The notes under the pieces were generated by a model that was not told where the DNA came from, searched no databases, and saw nothing but the letters and a program-made list of their open reading frames with translations. Shown piece after piece: positions 15,676 to 21,627 of a stretch of DNA of 55,018 nt. How positions within the stretch are numbered: the first letter of the stretch is position 1; each line of letters starts with the position of its first letter. The DNA lies in the IMG/VR virus record IMGVR_UViG_3300032220_001325, positions 1 to 55,018 of that record; one strand, written 5' to 3'. A program made the translations under genes and the position numbers. The stretch is from a virus. Taxonomy: Duplodnaviria > Caudoviricetes.

Positions 15676-17286
15676 ATGTCAACATTAAGCGAATTCGGAA
15701 CAAAAAAATCTGCTGATAAAAGAAAGCACGTCAGTGAGGAAGTGACAAATTTTATGGGAGGTACCTCTTATAAACTTTCTCCTATCCAGGCATTAAAGAT
15801 CGTAGCTGCGTCTTCTATCTTTGGTGAGCCACAATACTACAGAGATGGTTTAAAAGCCCCAGCGAATATAAAAACATTGTCTGAGTACTCTATCTTTGCA
15901 GAGATGTTTACGAGCGATAAATCTGCAGTTCAAATTTTTGAAGAAGCTATCGATGCAGCTTTGGTATCCGATTTTAAGGGAACATTGGATCTTGCTCTTG
16001 AGTTAAGAACTGAATACCTTATGAGATTGAACCCTTCGGTTATCTTTATGCGTGCTTCTATGAGTGAGGCAAGAAAGGTATTCAATGAATTGAATCCTGG
16101 TTACATGAAGGAGATCGGTAAGAAAATCGCAGAAAGACCTGATGATCTTACAAATCAATTCGATTACTATATGTATAAGAATGGATCTAAGGCAAAACTT
16201 CCTTCTTTGATTAAAAGAACATGGTCTGAGCGTCTTGCTGAATATAGCAGATACCAATTGAATAAGTACAAGGGAAAGAAACTCATCGACCTTGTTCGTA
16301 TTTCTCACGCATCGAATGATGATATTAGTGAGCTTATGAAAACTGGTAAGCTAGAAGTTAAGGACACAGAAATGACTTGGGAAACTCTTAAGTCTGCTGG
16401 TAAAAACTGGACAGAGATCTTAGATCAAATCCATATACCACACATGGCTCTTTTAAGAAACCTACGTGGTATCTTTACTGAAATTTCAGACCGTGATGTT
16501 ACAATCAAGGTTTTAAATCAGTTAAAAGGCGGTGTTTTAAAAGGAAAGCAATTCCCTTTCCGTTATTGGTCAGCTTATAAAGCAATCCAAGGGGCTTCTA
16601 TTAATAACAGTCAGTTGGTTTTAGATGCTCTTGAAGAATGTATTGACATCTCAGTTGCTAATATGCCTAAGATGAAAGGTAGAGTAGCTTGTCTTTCTGA
16701 CAACTCAGGTTCTGCTTGGGGATCTTGCACAAGTGAATACGGAACAGTAACTGTTGCAGAAATAGCTAACCTTTCTTCTTTAATTACAGCTCTACAGTCA
16801 GATCAAGGAGAAGTTGGAGTATTTGGTGATAAACTTTCTTTGAAAGAAGTTTCTAAACGAAATGGATTATTAACTCAGCTTCAAGAAACTTCAACTAGAG
16901 GAAGATCTCAAGGTGGTGGTACTGAAAATGGTATTTGGATTTTCTGGGATAAAGCAATCAAAGAAAAAATCCACTATGATACAGTATTCATCTACTCTGA
17001 TATGCAAGCAGGCCACGGTGGATTATTTGGTTACCCACACACAGTAGGTAAATCTAAATATGGACATAAAAGAGGAGATACGTATGTAGATGTACTAGCA
17101 ATGGTACAAGCATATAGAGAAGAAGTTAACCCAAAGGTTAATGTATTCTCGGTTCAAGTAGCAGGATATAATAACTCGGTTTTACCAGAGAATCTTTATA
17201 GAGGAGCGATCCTTGCAGGATGGACAGGTAAAGAGCCAATTTTTGCTAAGGCAATTATAGATACTTGGGATTCAATAGAATCTTAA
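15676..17286 (+). CDS. rsr: TROVE-domain Ro60/Rsr-like RNA-binding protein (paralog 1)
   Basis: VTNFMGG N-terminus, TWET, HMALLRNLR, KQFPFRYWSAY, vWA MIDAS DNSGS, IYSDMQ. Confidence 0.88.
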   Translation: MSTLSEFGTKKSADKRKHVSEEVTNFMGGTSYKLSPIQALKIVAASSIFGEPQYYRDGLKAPANIKTLSEYSIFAEMFTSDKSAVQIFEEAIDAALVSDFKGTLDLALELRTEYLMRLNPSVIFMRASMSEARKVFNELNPGYMKEIGKKIAERPDDLTNQFDYYMYKNGSKAKLPSLIKRTWSERLAEYSRYQLNKYKGKKLIDLVRISHASNDDISELMKTGKLEVKDTEMTWETLKSAGKNWTEILDQIHIPHMALLRNLRGIFTEISDRDVTIKVLNQLKGGVLKGKQFPFRYWSAYKAIQGASINNSQLVLDALEECIDISVANMPKMKGRVACLSDNSGSAWGSCTSEYGTVTVAEIANLSSLITALQSDQGEVGVFGDKLSLKEVSKRNGLLTQLQETSTRGRSQGGGTENGIWIFWDKAIKEKIHYDTVFIYSDMQAGHGGLFGYPHTVGKSKYGHKRGDTYVDVLAMVQAYREEVNPKVNVFSVQVAGYNNSVLPENLYRGAILAGWTGKEPIFAKAIIDTWDSIES

Positions 17287-17307
17287 GCTTAATTTCTTTC
17301 ATTTTTA

Positions 17308-17336
17308 GATCCCACCTGGATAGGTGGGATTTTTTT
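17308..17336 (+). terminator. Intrinsic terminator
   Basis: GATCCCACCT-GGAT-AGGTGGGATT followed by T run. Confidence 0.8.
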
Positions 17337-17360
17337 GTGGGCTTTGAGATAAATACTTAG

Positions 17361-17633
17361 ATGAAAAATTTAAAGACATTTGAAAATTATGAGTTTGAGC
17401 CATACTACTCAAACGTTATAAAACAATATGGGGATTTCTTCCCCCTTACAAAACTTTCTAAAGGTGACAAAGTAGTTTATTTAGGATCACCTTGTACAAT
17501 AGAGGAAGTTGATGAATACATTATGAAATTAATACCTGATAACGGGGGAAATCCTATTATGGTTAACCAAAACATGTTTAAGGATAAGGGGTTTATTTCT
17601 AAACAAAATAAACCACAAAATTATAATGGATAG
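17361..17633 (+). CDS. Hypothetical protein with capsid-targeting-like N-terminus
   Basis: MKNLKTFENY start. Confidence 0.7.
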   Translation: MKNLKTFENYEFEPYYSNVIKQYGDFFPLTKLSKGDKVVYLGSPCTIEEVDEYIMKLIPDNGGNPIMVNQNMFKDKGFISKQNKPQNYNG

Positions 17634-17678
17634 CTTTACCATCAGAGGTATCGGATGGGTTAAATAAGACCAACAAAA

Positions 17679-17828
17679 ATGGCAAAAGGTAAAAAATCAA
17701 CAGAAAGCTCAAACTCTTTTAGAGCTAAACCTAAAAAGAACAATAAAGGGATCCATTCGAAAACTAAACAAAGTAAAAACAAGAATTCTAAGAACTACAA
17801 AAAAGTTTATGTAGGTCAAGGAAAATAA
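17679..17828 (+). CDS. Small basic protein (49 aa, not in ORF track)
   Basis: MAKGKKSTESSNSFRAKPKKNNKGIHSKTKQSKNKNSKNYKKVYVGQGK read from sequence; A-rich leader. Confidence 0.65.
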   Translation: MAKGKKSTESSNSFRAKPKKNNKGIHSKTKQSKNKNSKNYKKVYVGQGK

Positions 17829-17850
17829 AGATATATAAACATAAAAACAA

Positions 17851-18198
17851 ATGAAACATCTAAGAATATACGAAGATTACCAGACGGAAACTATTCCAAT
17901 GGAAGACTCTATGAGTGACGTGCACTTCGAGACAGAAACGTCAGAAATAAAATCAATATCTGGATCAGAAGGAAATTATATGGTTTCTTTTCAAAATTCA
18001 GAAGGTGAAGAAACAACCATAGAAATTGGAGGAGCAAATTCTCCAGAATTCATGGGAGACAGCATGGTAAGTAACATCGAAATGGTTCCGGATTCAAGCT
18101 CTGATGGTAAATCATATTCTGTTGTAGGTTACTATGACTTAGTTCCAAATAGTCACGGAGCATATGACCTTAAAAAGGTTTTGATAGAAGAAAATTAA
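17851..18198 (+). CDS. Hypothetical protein with capsid-targeting-like N-terminus
   Basis: MKHLRIYEDY start; GATATATAA at 17830. Confidence 0.7.
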   Translation: MKHLRIYEDYQTETIPMEDSMSDVHFETETSEIKSISGSEGNYMVSFQNSEGEETTIEIGGANSPEFMGDSMVSNIEMVPDSSSDGKSYSVVGYYDLVPNSHGAYDLKKVLIEEN

Positions 18199-18215
18199 TA
18201 TAGTATAGGTTAAAA

Positions 18216-18497
18216 ATGGCAATTAAAATTTATTCAGATCATGAAGATTTTTCTTTCGTAGAGAAAGAGATTTCAGAATATTTAGAAAATAAAGTATACG
18301 ATGATCCATTCGAAGATGATTCAACGGATCTTTTCATGTATACAGAATCAAAAAACGAATTCAACGAGGAAGCAAGCTTTTTTTTAGTTGCTGATTCAGA
18401 TGAAGAAGAACTTGCAGAAGATATCGCAGAGTATCTAGGTAAATCTACCAAGATACAATTGGACGAATTTCACAAAGTAGTTTTTTGCGTAGCCTAA
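18216..18497 (+). CDS. Acidic hypothetical protein
   Basis: 93 aa ORF. Confidence 0.65.
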   Translation: MAIKIYSDHEDFSFVEKEISEYLENKVYDDPFEDDSTDLFMYTESKNEFNEEASFFLVADSDEEELAEDIAEYLGKSTKIQLDEFHKVVFCVA

Positions 18498-18536
18498 AAA
18501 AAATCAAAAAAAGTTTTTTTATTAAAAGAAAAGACA

Positions 18537-18573
18537 TACATTTGTGAAACAAAAATAAGGAACAGATATATAA
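18537..18573 (+). promoter_or_regulatory. Tandem promoters for tRNA array 1: Bacteroidota -7 box and putative late promoter
   Basis: TACATTTG at 18537-18544 fits TAnnTTTG; GATATATAA at 18565-18573. Confidence 0.6.
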
Positions 18574-18580
18574 CATTCAA

Positions 18581-18640
18581 ATGATCAATATCTCAAACAT
18601 ATTACCTTCATCGTTAAGACCGTCTATAAGACGATCCTGA
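18581..18640 (+). CDS. Leader peptide of tRNA array 1 (MINISNILPSSLRPSIRRS)
   Basis: Last 13 codons encode only Ile/Leu/Pro/Ser/Arg, the amino acids of the downstream tRNAs; stop abuts antiterminator strand. Confidence 0.8.
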   Translation: MINISNILPSSLRPSIRRS

Positions 18641-18641
18641 T

Positions 18642-18709
18642 AGGTCCTGTGCTAAGATAAAGAACATCTTATATAAAACCGGGACCTTTAAAAGTCTCGG
18701 TTTTTTTTT
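18642..18709 (+). terminator. Attenuator 1 (antiterminator/terminator)
   Basis: Terminator AAAACCGGGAC-CTTTAAAA-GTCTCGGTTTTTTTTT (18675-18709); AGGTCCTG (18642-18649) can instead pair with CGGGACCT (18680-18687). Confidence 0.8.
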
Positions 18710-18720
18710 GCTCTTTGAAA
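18709..18720 (+). promoter_or_regulatory. boxA antitermination site
   Basis: TGCTCTTTGAAA, close to the boxA consensus. Confidence 0.65.
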
Positions 18721-18736
18721 TAATGAATTAATCCAC

Positions 18737-18826
18737 GGAGAGGTGGCAGAGTCTGGTTTATTGCACCGGTCTTGAAAACCGACGGTCCTTCGGGACCCGG
18801 GGGTTCGAATCCCTCCCTCTCCGCCA
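18737..18826 (+). tRNA. tRNA-Ser(TGA)
   Basis: Cloverleaf, loop CTTGAAA, long variable arm, encoded CCA. Confidence 0.95.
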
Positions 18827-18829
18827 ATT

Positions 18830-18903
18830 GGTCCGATAGCTCAGCTGGATAGAGCAACAGCCTTCTAAGCTGTGGGTCGCAGGTTCGAATCCTGCTCGGA
18901 TCA
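18830..18903 (+). tRNA. tRNA-Arg(TCT)
   Basis: ACAGC-CTTCTAA-GCTGT anticodon arm, canonical T arm. Confidence 0.95.
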
Positions 18904-18909
18904 CTATTT

Positions 18910-18985
18910 CGGGGTGTAGCGTAGCCCGGTTTATCGCGCCTGCTTTGGGAGCAGGAGGTCGCAGGTTCGAATCCTGCCACCCCGA
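18910..18985 (+). tRNA. tRNA-Pro(TGG)
   Basis: CCTGC-TTTGGGA-GCAGG; CGGGGTG/CACCCCG acceptor. Confidence 0.95.
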
Positions 18986-18998
18986 CAAAAAAGAGTAT

Positions 18999-19072
18999 CG
19001 AGACGTAGCTCAGCTGGTGAGAGCAGTACTCTTATAAGGTAAAGGTCATGGGTTCAAACCCCATCGTCTCGA
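18999..19072 (+). tRNA. tRNA-Ile(TAT)
   Basis: Loop CTTATAA; CGAGACG/CGTCTCG acceptor. Confidence 0.85.
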
Positions 19073-19083
19073 CTTAGAAATTT

Positions 19084-19157
19084 GCGCCTGTAGCTCAGTC
19101 GGTTAGAGCAAATGACTCATAATCATTAGGTCCATGGTTCGAACCCATGCAGGCGCA
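19084..19157 (+). tRNA. tRNA-CAT, likely Ile2 (lysidine)
   Basis: AATGA-CTCATAA-TCATT; body resembles Ile2-type tRNAs; identity inferred. Confidence 0.8.
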
Positions 19158-19184
19158 CTTGGTTAATTCGTTCTTTGATATAAT

Positions 19185-19270
19185 GCCCGGGTGATGAAAT
19201 TGGTAGCACATGCAAGACTTAAAATCTTGTGGCCCTAAAGGCCGTGTGGGTTCGAGTCCCACCCCGGGTA
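19185..19270 (+). tRNA. tRNA-Leu(TAA)
   Basis: CAAGA-CTTAAAA-TCTTG, long variable arm. Confidence 0.95.
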
Positions 19271-19276
19271 CATTTT

Positions 19277-19378
19277 CAGGAGTGGCGGAAGCGAGATCTC
19301 TGCAGGGATCCGATAGAAAGACGCTAGGGTAATCTACCCAAGAACGAAAGTTCATGTTGGTGCAAGTCCAGCCTCTTG
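19277..19378 (+). ncRNA. Leu-scaffold tRNA-like RNA with hairpin in the D-loop and degenerate anticodon loop
   Basis: CAGGAG/CTCTTG acceptor; TGGCGGAA...AGACGC D arm enclosing GATCTC-TGCA-GGGATC; GGGT-AATCT-ACCC; T arm GTTGG-TGCAAGT-CCAGC. Confidence 0.55.
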
Positions 19379-19535
19379 TCCTAATAATTCCTTGTCCCTC
19401 TTAAGGTGTGGCAGGAAAGATCTATCGATCTATAAACGGACTTTGCAGGTTCAAATCCTGGGTCTTCCACTAATCCGGAAGTATGTCCGTGAGGAATTTT
19501 TTTCTTCTTTAGAATATATAGAAGAAAATAGAATA

Positions 19536-19814
19536 ATGAAACATCTTAAAAAATACAATCAGCTGGAATCAAAAGTTAATGAAGGATTTTGGGATTCTCT
19601 TTTTGGCAAACCAACGATTGATGACGCAGCTCATGATTCAATGAGAGGTCAAGGATGGAGCCATAGAGGAAAAGACGAGGAAAATTATATTATGTTCAAA
19701 GGACAGAAATTTTATCCAGATCAAATTCAATATGATGAATATAATTCTACGAAAGAAATTCCAAGAGTAGAAAATGGTAAATTAATAGTTGCCAATCCAG
19801 CTTGGAGCTTATAA
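19536..19814 (+). CDS. Hypothetical protein with capsid-targeting-like N-terminus
   Basis: Likely start at ATG 19536 (MKHLKKYNQLESKVNE); GAATATATAG at 19512. Confidence 0.7.
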   Translation: MKHLKKYNQLESKVNEGFWDSLFGKPTIDDAAHDSMRGQGWSHRGKDEENYIMFKGQKFYPDQIQYDEYNSTKEIPRVENGKLIVANPAWSL

Positions 19815-19868
19815 AAAGAAAAAACAGAAAAAAATTCAGAAAAAGTTTTTTTATATGAAACTTTTATG

Positions 19869-19876
19869 TATTTTTG
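19869..19876 (+). promoter_or_regulatory. Bacteroidota-type -7 promoter box for RNA array 2
   Basis: TATTTTTG fits TAnnTTTG; same upstream AAAAAGTTTTTTTAT context as 18537. Confidence 0.55.
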
Positions 19877-19908
19877 CACTATCAAAATAAAAGACAAAAC
19901 AACTTCAA

Positions 19909-20001
19909 ATGCAACGCCTATCTAATATCACCCAAGGGTTTAAACTTCGCAAGGAGAATGACCTACTAGTGGAGGATCCAAATAGACCGCCGAGTTTTTG
20001 A
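19909..20001 (+). CDS. Leader peptide of RNA array 2 (MQRLSNITQGFKLRKENDLLVEDPNRPPSF)
   Basis: 30 codons with GAG x2, GAC/GAT, CTA x3, CCA/CCG x3, AAT x3; 3' end overlaps antiterminator strand. Confidence 0.72.
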   Translation: MQRLSNITQGFKLRKENDLLVEDPNRPPSF

Positions 20002-20053
20002 TCTAAGATAATATCACAGATTAAAACCTCGGTATAAACACCGAGGTTTTTTT
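19990..20053 (+). terminator. Attenuator 2 (antiterminator/terminator)
   Basis: Terminator AAAACCTCGGT-ATAAAC-ACCGAGGTTTTTTT (20023-20053); CCGAGTTTTTGATCT (19990-20004) pairs with AGATTAAAACCTCGG (20018-20032). Confidence 0.8.
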
Positions 20054-20063
20054 GTTTTATACG

Positions 20064-20075
20064 GTTCTTTGACAT
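20064..20075 (+). promoter_or_regulatory. boxA antitermination site
   Basis: GTTCTTTGACAT. Confidence 0.7.
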
Positions 20076-20092
20076 ATTAAAATGCTACACAT

Positions 20093-20164
20093 GGCCCTTT
20101 CGTCTATCGGTTAGGACGTTAGGTTTTCATCCTAGAAAGACGGGTTCGACTCCCGTAGGGGCTA
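20093..20164 (+). tRNA. tRNA-Glu(TTC)
   Basis: TTAGG-TTTTCAT-CCTAG; canonical T arm. Confidence 0.93.
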
Positions 20165-20168
20165 CATT

Positions 20169-20242
20169 GGGACGTTAGTAGAGTTGGTTACAATATCGCA
20201 CTGTCACTGCGAAGGTCACGGGTTCGAATCCCGTACGTCCCG
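20169..20242 (+). tRNA. tRNA-Asp(GTC)
   Basis: TCGCA-CTGTCAC-TGCGA; GGGACGT/ACGTCCC acceptor. Confidence 0.95.
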
Positions 20243-20253
20243 CAGCCCCCATT

Positions 20254-20293
20254 TCGTACTATTACTTAGATATATAGTCTAAGTAACATACGA
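20254..20293 (+). promoter_or_regulatory. Translation-sequestering hairpin with putative late promoter at its loop
   Basis: TCGTA-CTA-TTACTTAGA-TATATAG-TCTAAGTAA-CA-TACGA directly before ATG 20295. Confidence 0.65.
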
Positions 20294-20294
20294 G

Positions 20295-20954
20295 ATGGCA
20301 AGAAAAGAAAAGAAGTATCATTACATCTATAAGATAACATGTCTTAAGAATAATCGATACTACATTGGAATGCACTCTACAGATAACTTAGAAGATGGTT
20401 ATTTTGGAGGTGGAAAAAGAATTAAAAATTCTGTTAAGAAGCATGGTAAAGATGCTCACAGAAAGGAGATTCTAGAGTTCTTTGAAAATAGGGATTTGCT
20501 AAGACAACGAGAAGTTGAATTAGTAAATGAGGAATTATTAAACGATCCTTTATGTATGAATCTTGCATTAGGAGGTGAAAGCTTCAGTCCATTACTTATA
20601 AACGGAGAAAAACACCTAGAGATCTCTATATTAGGTGGTATTGCAATGAAAAACAAAATATTGGAAGATAATATTTATGCAATAAAACATGGAAAAAATT
20701 CTTCTAAAGTGATGAAAAAAAATCACGAAGAAAGAAAAATTAGGTATGATACTTTTACAGGAAAAAATCACTCCAAAGAAACAAAAGAAAAAATAGGGAC
20801 TAAGAATTCAATATCGCAAAAAGGTAATAAAAATTCACAATTTGGAACCATTTGGATTCATCACAAAGAAAGAGGAGACAAAAAAATAAATCCTGACGAT
20901 TTCTCAAAATTTTTTAAAGAAGGCTGGGAAAAAGGAAGAAATAAAATCAAGTAG
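20295..20954 (+). mobile_element. Free-standing GIY-YIG homing endonuclease (Seg-like, NUMOD3)
   Basis: YIYKIT...YYIGMH, YFGGG, conserved E and N; GKNHSKETKEKI NUMOD3-like motif; inserted in tRNA array. Confidence 0.85.
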
Positions 20955-21084
20955 CGAAGTTGAGAGTTACTTCAATTTTTTCTGAAACAAAAAAGGCCTG
21001 GGTTCGAATCCCAGTGCGGGTGGAGACACTCGTATAGTTTAGCGGTAGAACTAGATAACACTCTCGATACTATTCTCTTGATTT
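20944..21084 (+). ncRNA. Handle RNA 3: circularly permuted tRNA-Phe(GAA)-like cargo
   Basis: Handle AAATCAAG-TAGCGA...GAGAG-TTACTTC / CACTCTCG...TATTCT-CTTGATTT. Order inside: AC arm TTTTTT-CTGAAAC-AAAAAA, T arm CTGGG-TTCGAAT-CCCAG, capped acceptor TGCGGGTG-GAGA-CACTCGTA, D arm TAGTTTAGCGGTAGAAC. Confidence 0.8.
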
Positions 21085-21093
21085 ACATTATAT

Positions 21094-21166
<73 letters not shown>

Positions 21167-21216
21167 CAAAGTCTGGGAGTAATTAACCCAGTACCTGAGA
21201 GGTTCGAAACTCTCGA

Positions 21217-21327
21217 TTGACTATGGTGTAGTGGCGCACAGAGAAACGGAGTATGAGGCACGTCTCGAAAGAGCATCAATCTCAGAAATGGGATTCAGGG
21301 ACCGGCTTCGAATACCGGTAAGTCAGC
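21217..21327 (+). ncRNA. tRNA-like RNA with expanded multi-hairpin anticodon region
   Basis: TGACT/AGTCA acceptor-like stem, GTG-TAGTGGCG-CAC D arm, CCGG-CTTCGAATA-CCGG T arm, internal CTC-GAAA-GAG and ATCTCA-GAAA-TGGGAT hairpins. Confidence 0.5.
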
Positions 21328-21332
21328 AACAT

Positions 21333-21405
<73 letters not shown>

Positions 21406-21408
21406 CTA

Positions 21409-21568
21409 AAATCGGTAGCAAAGATAAAGTTACTTCGAAATCCATCATAAGGAAGAGGTCGCGGTGTTCGATTCCCGCTCCCGGCACCAGTTTGATTTTT
21501 TTAAATGCCGGGATAGAGCAGTGGTAGCTCGCTTAAAAGAAAAACACTTTATCAACTTCCTCCGATTT
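21409..21568 (+). ncRNA. Handle RNA 4: circularly permuted tRNA-Met(CAT)-like cargo with internal CCA
   Basis: AAATCGG-TAGCAAA-GATAAAG-TTACTTC; TCC-ATCATAA-GGA; AGGTC; T arm; TCCCGGCA-CCA; 16-nt linker; TGCCGGGA-TAGAGCAGTGGTAGCTC; CACTTTATC-AACTTCCT-CCGATTT. Confidence 0.82.
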
Positions 21569-21627
21569 ATTTTTGAAACATTTTTTAAATCAATTAATAA
21601 CAAACAAACACAAACCTTGTACTAATT

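Noticed and set aside
18669-19355. Minus-strand ORFs over tRNA array 1, and similar ORFs at 21088-21527, 23227-24261 and 29372-30790
   Set aside because: Shadow ORFs of tRNA and ncRNA genes (GFEP/DSNLRP-type translations).
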